A stretch of 64,000 nucleotides of DNA from NCBI GenBank assembly GCA_950054195.1, contig CATLPG010000011.1, positions 16 to 64,015 of the forward strand, given 5' to 3'. Each line of letters starts with the position of its first letter. Within the stretch, counting starts at the first letter, position 1. The notes below the pieces were generated by a model. The model did not search any database. It was not told where the DNA came from and worked only from the letters and a program-made list of their open reading frames with translations. The translations under genes were made by a program, and so were the position numbers. The stretch comes from an uncultured Saccharospirillaceae bacterium (GTDB taxonomy: Bacteria > Bacteroidota > Bacteroidia > Flavobacteriales_D > CAJJDF01). Of this stretch, positions 30,388 to 39,890 are shown one piece after another.

Positions 30388-31746
30388 TTAAGCTAAAGCT
30401 TTGATAATGTCTTGTTTTGTTATGATTTGACGCTGGTCTTCATTTGTTTTAACTATAACAGCTCCATTTTCTTTGTTGATGAGTTTAGAAATGTCTTCTA
30501 TGCTTGTAGTAGTGTTAACTTCAGGAAAAGGAGGATTCATAATCGATGATATAACTTCTTTTCTCTTATCTGGATGCTCAAATAAAAAGCTAAAAATTTT
30601 TGATTCATTAACTGAACCTATAATTTTTCCGTCTTCGATAACAGGCATTTGAGAGATATCAAAATTTGTCATTCTTTCAATCGCACTTTGTATGGTGTCA
30701 TTCGAATCTATTGTTATTAATTTATCATTGGCATGTTGCATGATGTCAATGGCAGAGGATGGTTTAGTATCAATAAAACCTCGATCTCGCATCCAATCAT
30801 CATTAAAAAATTTACCAACATATCTACTTCCATGATCGTGAAACAAAACTACTACAACATCCCCTTCTTTAAATTTATCTTTCAATTGCTTTATTCCGCA
30901 TATAGCTGCACCTGCTGAATTTCCAACAAATATACCTTCTTCTTTCGCTAGCTTTCGAGTGTAAATAGCTGCGTCTTTATCGGTCACTTTCTCAAAATGA
31001 TCAATAATATCAAAATCAACATTTTTAGGTAAAATGTCTTCTCCAATACCTTCGGTTATGTATGGGTAGATTTCATTTTCATCAAAAACACCCGTTTCGT
31101 GGTATTTTTTGAATACAGAACCATAGGTGTCTATACCTATAATTTGAATATTAGGATTTTTCTCCTTTAAGTATTTGCCAACTCCAGAAATAGTTCCTCC
31201 AGTACCTACACCAACAACAAAATGTGTTATTTTACCTTCTGTTTGTTCCCATATTTCAGGACCAGTACTTTCATAATGAGCAGCTCTGTTAGATAAATTG
31301 TCATATTGGTTCACATACCATGAATTAGGAATCTCAGTCGAAAGTCTTTTAGATACAGAGTAATATGATCTAGGATCTTCTGGTTCTACAGCAGTTGGAC
31401 AAACCACTACTTCAGCTCCAACAGCCCTTAAGATATCCATTTTCTCTTTGGATTGCTTGTCGCTTAAAACACAAATAAGTTTATATCCTTTAATGATGCA
31501 TGCTAAAGCAAGTCCCATTCCTGTGTTTCCAGATGTTCCTTCGATAACCGTACCTCCTGGTTTTAATAAACCAGCTTTTTCTGCATCTTCAATCATACGA
31601 ACAGCCATACGATCTTTTACAGAGTTACCAGGATTAGTAGTTTCTACTTTAGCTAATATAGTTGCTGATGTGCCACCATGTAGCTTGTTAATTTTAACTA
31701 AGGGAGTATTCCCTATGGTTTCTAAGATATTATTGTAGTACTTCAT
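30388..31746 (-). CDS. cbs: Cystathionine beta-synthase with C-terminal CBS domains
   Basis: IGNTPLV, NPGNSVKDR (PLP Lys), TSGNTG, GVGTGGT, EGIG; C-terminal CBS pair. Confidence 0.88.
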   Translation of the reverse strand: MKYYNNILETIGNTPLVKINKLHGGTSATILAKVETTNPGNSVKDRMAVRMIEDAEKAGLLKPGGTVIEGTSGNTGMGLALACIIKGYKLICVLSDKQSKEKMDILRAVGAEVVVCPTAVEPEDPRSYYSVSKRLSTEIPNSWYVNQYDNLSNRAAHYESTGPEIWEQTEGKITHFVVGVGTGGTISGVGKYLKEKNPNIQIIGIDTYGSVFKKYHETGVFDENEIYPYITEGIGEDILPKNVDFDIIDHFEKVTDKDAAIYTRKLAKEEGIFVGNSAGAAICGIKQLKDKFKEGDVVVVLFHDHGSRYVGKFFNDDWMRDRGFIDTKPSSAIDIMQHANDKLITIDSNDTIQSAIERMTNFDISQMPVIEDGKIIGSVNESKIFSFLFEHPDKRKEVISSIMNPPFPEVNTTTSIEDISKLINKENGAVIVKTNEDQRQIITKQDIIKALA

Positions 31747-31848
31747 AGATTAATTTTCAAAGTGTTATCATAAATCAAGCTTAAAAAATAGAGCTTTAAT
31801 GTAAAATAATTCATCTATTTTATGCCTATGAGTATGACAACTTCTAAC

Positions 31849-31879
31849 CAAAGATACAAGTAAAGCCGATAGTATCAAA
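31849..31879 (-). promoter_or_regulatory. Primary-sigma promoter for the cbs operon (TTTG-N19-TATCTTTG)
   Basis: Full match to the Bacteroidota -33/-7 consensus; implies a 5' UTR of about 100 nt. Confidence 0.65.
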
Positions 31880-31993
31880 CCAGATCAGAAGTCAAAAGTT
31901 ATAAACCGAAAAAAAACAAAAAAAACTTTAACAAGATTTAGGAATAAACTTTCAAATCTTTACTTTTACTCAATAATTTTCGAGTAAAACTCT

Positions 31994-33334
31994 ATGGGTA
32001 AAACAATACGTATTCGAAAAGGTCTGAATATCAATATTAAAGGACAGGCCAAGGAAGATATAGTAGAAACATCGTTGCCAACTAAGTTTGCAATAAAGCC
32101 AGAAGACTTTCCTGGTTTAATTCCAAAACTAGTAGCAAAAGAAGGTGAATTAGTTAAAGTTGGTTCTGTCTTATTCTATGATAAAGGAAGAGAAGAAATA
32201 AAATTCACTTCTCCTGTATCTGGTAAGGTTTCAGCGATAGTGCGAGGGGCTAAAAGAAAGATTCTAGCAATTGAGTTGGAATCAGATGGAGCTTTCACTC
32301 CTGTTTCTTTTGATACAAATAAAGACATTAAGGAATTGTTGCTTTCGTCTGGAATGTGGACATTTATAAAACAAAGACCACTAGATAAAATTGCAAATCC
32401 AGCAGTAGCACCCAAAGCTATATTTGTTACAGGATTTAATTCCGCTCCTTTAGCTCCTAACTACGAGTTTCTACTTAAAGGAAAAGAAAAAGAAATTCAA
32501 AAAGGAATTGAAGCACTAAAAACACTTACTAAAGGTAAAGTTCATGTTACTGTTGAACATGCTAACGGAAGTGCAGGAGTTTTTTCAAAGGTTTCTGGGA
32601 TTGAATTGCATAAAATAGCAGGTAAACATCCTAAAGGGAATGTAGGTACTCAAATTCATCATATAGACCCTGTCAATAAGGGGGAGACTGTTTATACATT
32701 AAATGCACTAGATGTTGCTAGAATTGGAGATTTCATACTGACAGGTCAAACTAATTTTGATCGAGTATTACCTGTTACAGGTTCAGAAGTTAGTGCCCCA
32801 CAATATGTGAAAACTAAAGTTGGTGCTCAAATGAGTTCAATTATTAGTGGAAATGTATCATCAAATCATGTAAGAATTATATCAGGAAATGTGCTTACAG
32901 GTAAAACATCTAGTGAAGATGATTACCTCGGTTATTACAGCGATCAAGTTACTGTTATTCCAGAGGGTGATAAACATAAGTTTTTTATTACTGAAGGTTG
33001 GTTAGCACCAGGCTTCAATAAGTTAAGTGCGAATCCAGTGTTTCCATCTGCTTTATTCAAGAATAAAAAGTTTGATGTAGACACGAACACAAATGGAGAA
33101 GAAAGAGCATTTGTAATGTCGGGTCACTATGAAAAAGTTTTTCCATTTGATATCTATCCAGTTCAATTGTTAAAAGCAATTATAACAAATGATATTGACG
33201 GAATGGAAAATTTAGGTATATATGAAGTAGCTCCTGAAGATTTTGCTTTATGTGAGTTTGTATGTGTGTCTAAAATCAATTCTCAGCAAATCGTTAGAGA
33301 AGGGTTAGCAGTAGTTGAAAAAGAATGTATGTAA
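31994..33334 (+). CDS. nqrA: Na+-translocating NADH:quinone reductase subunit A
   Basis: IRKGLNI, TSPVSG, HPKGNVG, ISGNVLTG, EDFALCEFVCVSK. Confidence 0.96.
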   Translation: MGKTIRIRKGLNINIKGQAKEDIVETSLPTKFAIKPEDFPGLIPKLVAKEGELVKVGSVLFYDKGREEIKFTSPVSGKVSAIVRGAKRKILAIELESDGAFTPVSFDTNKDIKELLLSSGMWTFIKQRPLDKIANPAVAPKAIFVTGFNSAPLAPNYEFLLKGKEKEIQKGIEALKTLTKGKVHVTVEHANGSAGVFSKVSGIELHKIAGKHPKGNVGTQIHHIDPVNKGETVYTLNALDVARIGDFILTGQTNFDRVLPVTGSEVSAPQYVKTKVGAQMSSIISGNVSSNHVRIISGNVLTGKTSSEDDYLGYYSDQVTVIPEGDKHKFFITEGWLAPGFNKLSANPVFPSALFKNKKFDVDTNTNGEERAFVMSGHYEKVFPFDIYPVQLLKAIITNDIDGMENLGIYEVAPEDFALCEFVCVSKINSQQIVREGLAVVEKECM

Positions 33335-33351
33335 TTTATTAGGAAAGTATT

Positions 33352-34548
33352 ATGATAAAAGGACTAAGAAGAGTATTTGATCATTTATACAAAACGGTTG
33401 ATCATAAATATCACCCGGTAGTAGAATCGTTTGATACAATTCATTTTACACCAAATTTGATTACAAAATCTGGTTCTCATATCCGTGATGCAGCGGATTT
33501 AAAAAGAACGATGATGTTTGTGATTTTTGCGATGATTCCATGCTTATTATTTGGAATGTGGAACGTTGGAGATCAACATGTACAAGCAGCAATGGCTAAT
33601 GGTGCTGAACTTGAAGGGTGGATTTTACCAACCTTCGGCAGTGGTTTCTGGGGCAAATTCTTATATGGAGCTTCTGGAGTGTTACCGCTTGTAATTGTAT
33701 CATATGTTGTTGGTTTAGCGGTAGAATTCGTTTTTGGAATTATTAAAGGGCACTCATTACACGAGGGATATTTAGTTTCAGGTTTATTAATTCCTTTAAT
33801 CATGCCAATCGAAGTTCCTCTATGGCAAGTAGCAATAGCTGTTATCTTTGCAGTTGTAGTAGCTAAAGAGGTTTTTGGAGGTACAGGAATGAATGTGATT
33901 AATGTGGCCTTGACAGCTAGAGCATTTATCTTCTTTGCTCATCCAAATTCAATGATTGGAGACAAGGTTTGGGTAGATGGTTTCTCAGGTGAAACTTCAT
34001 TAGGTAAATTAGCAACTAAAATAAATGATTCCGCAGCTCTCGAGCAATTTTCAAATGATACTTTTATGAGTACAATCTTGGGGGTTGAAGCAGGATCAAT
34101 AGGAGAAACCTCTGTTGTGGCAATTTTATTAGGAGCAGCATTTCTTCTGATCACAGGTGTTGGAAGTTGGAGAATAATGTTGTCATTCTTTTTAGGTGGA
34201 CTTTCATTAGCTTACATCTTCAACTTAGTAGGGCCAGGTATTGATAACTACTACATGCAGTTGAACCCTTTCCATTTATTATTCCTTGGAAGTTTCATGT
34301 TTGGAATGGTATTCATGGTAACAGATCCTGTATCAGCTGCTCAAACTAATACTGGAAAATATATTTATGGCTTTTTAGCAGGTTTCTTATCCATCTTAAT
34401 AAGAGTATTAAACCCAGCTTACCCTGAGGGAGTTATGTTAGGTATTTTAATCGCTAATGTATTTGCTCCAACAATCGATCACTATGTGATTCAAGCGAAC
34501 ATTAATAAAAGAAAAAAACGTGCAAAATTAGCTGCTACAGCAGCATAA
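33352..34548 (+). CDS. nqrB: Na+-NQR subunit B
   Basis: HIRDAADLKRTM, KEVFGGTG, SGET (FMN Thr), TDPVS, NPAYPEG. Confidence 0.96.
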   Translation: MIKGLRRVFDHLYKTVDHKYHPVVESFDTIHFTPNLITKSGSHIRDAADLKRTMMFVIFAMIPCLLFGMWNVGDQHVQAAMANGAELEGWILPTFGSGFWGKFLYGASGVLPLVIVSYVVGLAVEFVFGIIKGHSLHEGYLVSGLLIPLIMPIEVPLWQVAIAVIFAVVVAKEVFGGTGMNVINVALTARAFIFFAHPNSMIGDKVWVDGFSGETSLGKLATKINDSAALEQFSNDTFMSTILGVEAGSIGETSVVAILLGAAFLLITGVGSWRIMLSFFLGGLSLAYIFNLVGPGIDNYYMQLNPFHLLFLGSFMFGMVFMVTDPVSAAQTNTGKYIYGFLAGFLSILIRVLNPAYPEGVMLGILIANVFAPTIDHYVIQANINKRKKRAKLAATAA

Positions 34549-34560
34549 ACTATTACAATA

Positions 34561-35586
34561 ATGAATAAAGAAGGTAACGTTTATACGATCATATTTGCTT
34601 CTATTATGGTAATTATAGTAGGAGGTTTGTTAGCTTTCATAGCTTCGTCACTTAGACCAGCTCAAATTGGTAACGTTAAGAACGAAAAAATGAGAAATAT
34701 TCTTGAGGCTATTGATCCATCATTTGAAGGAGATGAATTGGCAGCAATGAAAAGAAAGGAAGTAGAAAAACTATTTTCTCAACATGTGAAGAAAAGAATC
34801 ATTCTTAACGCAAAAGGAGAGGTTGTATCTGAGCTCAATAGTGAAGACCCAATTGAAAAAGGAAATGAAAAAGATGCTTTTAATCTTAACCCTAGAGATC
34901 AATACGCAAAGATTTCTAATATTAAAAAGGAATGCGAAGGTGATGATGAGTGTGTAACCCAAAAGTTAATTGAACAAGAAATTCATGCTCCAATGTTTGT
35001 TTGTGAACTTAAAGGAAAGAAAATTTATGTCGCTCATTTCAGTGGAAAAGGTTTATGGGATGATATTTGGGGATATGCAGGTATAAAACCAACAAGAAAT
35101 ATTAATGCAGCGGTGTTTGACCATAAAGCTGAAACGCCAGGTTTAGGATCAAAAATTACAGAAGATTGGTTTCAAAATCAATTTATTGGTAAAACCATGG
35201 CAAATAAGAAAGATGAGTATAAGCCAATTAGTGTAAAAAAGCCCGGTTTAGAAACAAACAAATACGAAGTGAATGGAATTAGTGGGGCTACTTTTACAGG
35301 TAATGGTGTAGCTGAAATGATGGCTAGGGCCTTGAAAGCAACACATAACTACATGGAAAAAAATGTAGAGCCAGTTGAATCTCCATACAAGGCAGAAGAA
35401 ACAGAAAAAAGTTTGTCTGTAAACTCAGATAATATTCAAGGATTTTCGTTATCAGGAGGTTATACCCTTAAAGGAGATACTTTATTGTGGGGAGATGGAA
35501 CTTATGCTGTTGTAACATACGTTGACGAAAACAGATTGTTAGTTAAAGAAGAAGGAAAAGAATTTACAACGGTTTACACAAAGTAA
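34561..35586 (+). CDS. nqrC: Na+-NQR subunit C (with C-terminal extension)
   Basis: N-terminal TM, GKGLWDDIWG, ETPGLG, ISGATFTG FMN site. Confidence 0.93.
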   Translation: MNKEGNVYTIIFASIMVIIVGGLLAFIASSLRPAQIGNVKNEKMRNILEAIDPSFEGDELAAMKRKEVEKLFSQHVKKRIILNAKGEVVSELNSEDPIEKGNEKDAFNLNPRDQYAKISNIKKECEGDDECVTQKLIEQEIHAPMFVCELKGKKIYVAHFSGKGLWDDIWGYAGIKPTRNINAAVFDHKAETPGLGSKITEDWFQNQFIGKTMANKKDEYKPISVKKPGLETNKYEVNGISGATFTGNGVAEMMARALKATHNYMEKNVEPVESPYKAEETEKSLSVNSDNIQGFSLSGGYTLKGDTLLWGDGTYAVVTYVDENRLLVKEEGKEFTTVYTK

Positions 35587-35607
35587 AAAGAATTTAATTG
35601 AAACAAA

Positions 35608-36267
35608 ATGGCTGAAAGAGAAGCATTATTTTCGAAAAAAAATAAAAAGTTGATCACAGATCCGATCAATTTTAACAACCCTGTTACCATACAAGTATTA
35701 GGTATCTGTTCTGCACTTGCAGTAACTGTACAGATGGACAATGCTATAATTATGTCGTTAGCCGTTATTTTTGTAATGGTTATTGGAAACTTGGTTGTGT
35801 CTTTAATGAGAAATATCATACCAAGTAGGATTAAGATTATTGTACAGTTAGTTATTGTAGCATCACTGGTTATTATAGTTGATCAGGTTCTGCAGGCTTA
35901 TGTGTATTCTGTATCTAAGCAATTATCCGTTTTTGTAGGATTGATTATTACAAACTGTATTATCATGGGACGTTTAGAGGCTTATGCGTTAGGTAACAAG
36001 CCATGGGGCTCTATTCTGGATGGTTTAGGTAACGGTTTAGGTTATGGGTTGGTTCTATTAGTGGTTGCTTTCTTTAAAGAAGTTTTTGGTTCTGGAACTT
36101 TAACTATTCCAGGTTTAGGCAAAATGACTGTAATACCACCAGCAGTTTACGAGGCAGGTTATGAGAATAACGGATTAATGTTATTGCCTCCATCATCACT
36201 AATTATTGTTGCTATTTATATATGGGTACAAAAGAGTAAAAACCCAGAATTAATAGAAGATCACTAA
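35608..36267 (+). CDS. nqrD: Na+-NQR subunit D
   Basis: NPVTIQVLGICSALAVT, GLIITNCI. Confidence 0.96.
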   Translation: MAEREALFSKKNKKLITDPINFNNPVTIQVLGICSALAVTVQMDNAIIMSLAVIFVMVIGNLVVSLMRNIIPSRIKIIVQLVIVASLVIIVDQVLQAYVYSVSKQLSVFVGLIITNCIIMGRLEAYALGNKPWGSILDGLGNGLGYGLVLLVVAFFKEVFGSGTLTIPGLGKMTVIPPAVYEAGYENNGLMLLPPSSLIIVAIYIWVQKSKNPELIEDH

Positions 36268-36296
36268 TAAATAATTAAAAGTTTAAATAAAGTATA

Positions 36297-36935
36297 ATGG
36301 AATTATTAAATCTATTTATTAAAAGTGCTTTTGCTGAGAACATGGTATTTACCTTCTTCTTTGGTATGTGTTCTTACTTGGCAGTATCTAAAACTGTAAA
36401 AACGGCAGTAGGTTTAGGAGCAGCGGTAATATTTGTATTATTAATTACAGTTCCCGTTAACTATTGGTTGAACTACTATATCTTATCTGATGGAGCATTG
36501 TCTTGGTTGGGAGATAAAGAAGGTATTGGGTTATTACCTCAAGCAGAAGCGAGTGCAATCAATTTAAGTTTCTTAAGTTTTATCATGTTTATTGCTGTGA
36601 TTGCAGCCATGGTTCAACTTGTGGAGATGGTAGTTGAAAAATTTGCACCAGCACTTTACGGTGCACTTGGTATTTTCTTACCATTAATAGCAGTAAACTG
36701 TGCTATTCTTGGGGGGTCTTTATTTATGCAACAAAAAAACTTTCCTAATGGAGGTTATGCTGCTGTCTATGGACTAGGTTCTGGTTTTGGATGGTTTTTA
36801 GCTATTGTTTTAATTGCAGCTATTAGAGAGAAAATTAGATATTCAAACGTACCAGGTCCACTTCGAGGAGTAGGTATGGCATTTATTTTAACAGGTTTAA
36901 TGGGACTAGCGTTCCTTGGATTTTTAGGATTTTAA
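36297..36935 (+). CDS. nqrE: Na+-NQR subunit E
   Basis: [28 protein letters not shown]. Confidence 0.96.
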   Translation: MELLNLFIKSAFAENMVFTFFFGMCSYLAVSKTVKTAVGLGAAVIFVLLITVPVNYWLNYYILSDGALSWLGDKEGIGLLPQAEASAINLSFLSFIMFIAVIAAMVQLVEMVVEKFAPALYGALGIFLPLIAVNCAILGGSLFMQQKNFPNGGYAAVYGLGSGFGWFLAIVLIAAIREKIRYSNVPGPLRGVGMAFILTGLMGLAFLGFLGF

Positions 36936-36965
36936 AAAAAAAAACTATAAAGTAAAAACTATCGT

Positions 36966-38264
36966 ATGGAAGTTATTTTAACCATTGCATTTTTCTTATT
37001 TGTAATCCTTTTATTGGTGGCATTGCTTTTATTTGTTAAGGCAAAACTATCACCATCTGGGAAAATTAAAATCTCCATTAATGGAGGTGAAAGAGAACTT
37101 GAGGTTGATGGAGGAAACACCTTGTTAAACACATTAGGAGCTGAGGGAATATTTTTACCTTCTGCTTGTGGTGGTGGTGGAACTTGTATTCAATGTATTT
37201 GTCAAGTACATGAAGGCGGAGGTTCTATTTTACCAACTGAAGAACCACACTTTTCAAGAAAGGAAATTGCCACAAATCATCGTCTTGGTTGCCAAGTTAA
37301 GGTGAAAGAAGACATGGAAATTGAAATCGAGGAAGAAATTCTAGGTATAAAAGAATGGGAAGCAACTGTAGTTTCAAATTATAATGTTGCAACTTATATC
37401 AAAGAGTTTGTTGTGGAAATTCCTGAGGATATGGATTATAAGGCTGGTGGATACATTCAAATTAAGATACCACCATGCGAAGTTAAATATTCTGAAATGG
37501 ATGTTACAGCACATCCTAAAGATCATCCAGGTGAACCTAAAAAGTTTGAAGATGATTGGGCTAATGGACCATTCGCTATTAGAGGGTTAGTAATGAAAAA
37601 CCCAGAAGAAGTTGTAAGAGCTTATTCAATGGCTTCTTACCCTGCAGAAGGTAGAAACGTAATGTTAAACGTGCGTGTGGCTACACCACCTTTTGATAGA
37701 AAAGCTGGTACTTGGATGAATGTTAATCCTGGTATTGCTTCGTCTTATATTTTTAACCTCAAACCAGGTGATAAGTGTACTATTTCTGGTCCTTATGGTG
37801 AATTCTTCATTAACCACTCAGATGCTGAGATGCTGTATATTGGTGGAGGTGCCGGAATGGCTCCAATGAGATCTCATTTATATGAGCTTTTTAAAACATT
37901 AAAAACGGATAGAAAAGTAACGTATTGGTATGGAGGACGTTCTAAAGCAGAACTTTTTTACATTCACTACTTTAGAGAGCTAGAAGAAAACTTTCCTAAT
38001 TTTAAGTTTTATATGGTTCTTTCTGATGCAAAACCTGAAGATAATTGGGTTCCTAAAAAAGATATCCATGATGAAAAAGGGGATGGATTTGTTGGATTTG
38101 TACATAATGCAGTAATTAATGAATATCTTGAAAAGCATGATGCTCCAGAAGATTTAGAAGTTTATTTTTGTGGACCTCCTTTGATGAATCAAGCAGTTGT
38201 AAAAATGTGTGATGATTGGGGAATTCCAGACGAGAATGTACGTTTCGATGATTTCGGAGGTTAG
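36966..38264 (+). CDS. nqrF: Na+-NQR subunit F
   Basis: 2Fe-2S CGGGGTCIQC...C, RAYSMAS (FAD), GGGAGMAPMRS, CGPP, FDDFGG. Confidence 0.97.
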   Translation: MEVILTIAFFLFVILLLVALLLFVKAKLSPSGKIKISINGGERELEVDGGNTLLNTLGAEGIFLPSACGGGGTCIQCICQVHEGGGSILPTEEPHFSRKEIATNHRLGCQVKVKEDMEIEIEEEILGIKEWEATVVSNYNVATYIKEFVVEIPEDMDYKAGGYIQIKIPPCEVKYSEMDVTAHPKDHPGEPKKFEDDWANGPFAIRGLVMKNPEEVVRAYSMASYPAEGRNVMLNVRVATPPFDRKAGTWMNVNPGIASSYIFNLKPGDKCTISGPYGEFFINHSDAEMLYIGGGAGMAPMRSHLYELFKTLKTDRKVTYWYGGRSKAELFYIHYFRELEENFPNFKFYMVLSDAKPEDNWVPKKDIHDEKGDGFVGFVHNAVINEYLEKHDAPEDLEVYFCGPPLMNQAVVKMCDDWGIPDENVRFDDFGG

Positions 38265-38280
38265 TCTATAATATAATTTT

Positions 38281-38306
38281 AAAAGTCAGCATTTGCTGGC
38301 TTTTTT
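38281..38306 (+). terminator. Intrinsic terminator of the nqr operon
   Basis: AAAAGTCAGC-ATTT-GCTGGCTTTT hairpin followed by T tract. Confidence 0.8.
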
Positions 38307-38312
38307 AGTTTA

Positions 38313-39737
38313 ATGACCATTTGTAAAATGTCTATAAGGTTCATTTATTCTCTCATTTTCCTATATACTTTAGGCTTAAATACACTCTTTGGACAAGATT
38401 ATGAAGAGATATATAACCTAACATCACAAAAAATTGATTTTTATTGGTCATTACGTACAGGTAAAAAAGAAATAAAAGATAATGTTCTAAAATACATAGA
38501 CACTGTTAGTAATACTGAAAAGTTATCTCCTCAAGAAAAACACCTACTTCAATTAAATGCAAAAGCAGAAATTGAGTTTATTTTTTCAAATAAAAATGAA
38601 GCTCATAAACTACTTTTAGAAGCAGTAGTCTACTCTGATAAGAATAAACTAAACCCTTTAAGTATGGTGAACATTTACCAATTACTATTTGGGATTAATG
38701 TTTCTATATTCAACTTAGATAAAGCAAAATTATACTCAGACAAACTCAACCAAAATTTTGATTTATACTCATCAGGTAGGTACAAGTTTGCAGCTTGTAA
38801 ATCAAGAGAAATTTTGGGAAGATTATCTAACGATACTACACTTGTATTGAAAGCTTTTAAGCAAAGAGCTTCTATTGATATTACAGACTCGTCACTTTAT
38901 TACGATGTACAACTTGACAAGTTTATATTTTTAAATAATAAGGACTCTGTTTCAAAATATACTCATTTAGCTTTTAGAACTACAGATTCAAGTATTTTAA
39001 TGACTAGATATATGAGGCTTCTTAAATTTTATTCCCAAAATGAAGAGAATGACTCAGCTTATAAATATGCTTCACTTTTGCTAAATGATGAATATGCTAA
39101 ACAGGTTGTTAAATATCAAGAAAAGTCTTTAGAAAAGCTCATAGAAGTAAAAATTGAAAGAGGAGATACATCCAAGTTAAAACAGCTCCAATCTAAGTTA
39201 AAAGACTTAAAAAAAGGTATATCCAAAAAACAAGCAATCGATATCGCTAACAGAGAAACAAAATATAATAATAGCACTAATACAATACCGTTTTGGTTTT
39301 ATCTAGTATTGACTATTTTTATTTCAATAGTTTTAGGAGTGATTTTCTTCAAGTCTAATAAGAAAATAGAGAAAGAAGAGTTTAAAAGGTATATAATCCC
39401 TAATGAACATGAGGAAAAAATTAAAGAAGCTCTAAATAAATTGAAAGCCGATTACTTCTATCTAAATAGAAATATATCTTTAACTAGTCTTGGAGAAAAA
39501 TATGGAATTATTAACGTAAATTATATCAGTAAATATATTAGTAACAACTTCTCTGACAGCTTTCCTAATTGGATCGCTAAACTTCGATTAAATTATTTTT
39601 TAACTCATAGAGAAGAGTTTAGAGATTGTGATGAAGATGAAGTTTCTTTTAAGTTAGGTTTTGGGTCAGTTAGAACCTTTAGAAAGCATCTTAAGCTAAA
39701 TGGTTATGAAACTTTTGATTCCTTATCAAGGAAATAA
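38313..39737 (+). CDS. Membrane-anchored AraC-family regulator with periplasmic helical (TPR-like) sensor
   Basis: Signal/TM, helical region, TM (FWFYLVLTIFISIVLGVIFF), then YLNRNISLTSL...YISKYIS...SFPNWIAKLR...LGFGSVRTF HTH. Confidence 0.8.
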   Translation: MTICKMSIRFIYSLIFLYTLGLNTLFGQDYEEIYNLTSQKIDFYWSLRTGKKEIKDNVLKYIDTVSNTEKLSPQEKHLLQLNAKAEIEFIFSNKNEAHKLLLEAVVYSDKNKLNPLSMVNIYQLLFGINVSIFNLDKAKLYSDKLNQNFDLYSSGRYKFAACKSREILGRLSNDTTLVLKAFKQRASIDITDSSLYYDVQLDKFIFLNNKDSVSKYTHLAFRTTDSSILMTRYMRLLKFYSQNEENDSAYKYASLLLNDEYAKQVVKYQEKSLEKLIEVKIERGDTSKLKQLQSKLKDLKKGISKKQAIDIANRETKYNNSTNTIPFWFYLVLTIFISIVLGVIFFKSNKKIEKEEFKRYIIPNEHEEKIKEALNKLKADYFYLNRNISLTSLGEKYGIINVNYISKYISNNFSDSFPNWIAKLRLNYFLTHREEFRDCDEDEVSFKLGFGSVRTFRKHLKLNGYETFDSLSRK

Positions 39738-39762
39738 TTTTTTTTCAAAATAATCACCTGAA

Positions 39763-39775
39763 AATCAACCAATTG
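39763..39775. promoter_or_regulatory. Possible IHF-like site AATCAACCAATTG
   Basis: Matches WATCAANNNNTTR, between the AraC regulator and its likely targets; AT-rich background makes a chance match possible. Confidence 0.25.
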
Positions 39776-39890
39776 TTTTTTTTTGTGATGATTGGCTTTT
39801 ATGGGCTATAATCATTATTTTTATAGAACTTCATATTTATATCATTCGTGAAATAAGTGGTGAATTACAATAATTTAAACATAATGTCTT

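Noticed and set aside
31764-31841. SAM riboswitch upstream of cbs
   Set aside because: SAM-I and SAM-II core motifs are not recognisable on the coding strand; kept only as an unassigned structured leader.
33975-34005. NqrB flavinylation motif SGET instead of SGAT
   Set aside because: The FMN-accepting Thr is retained and, from recall, this variant is usual in Flavobacteriia.
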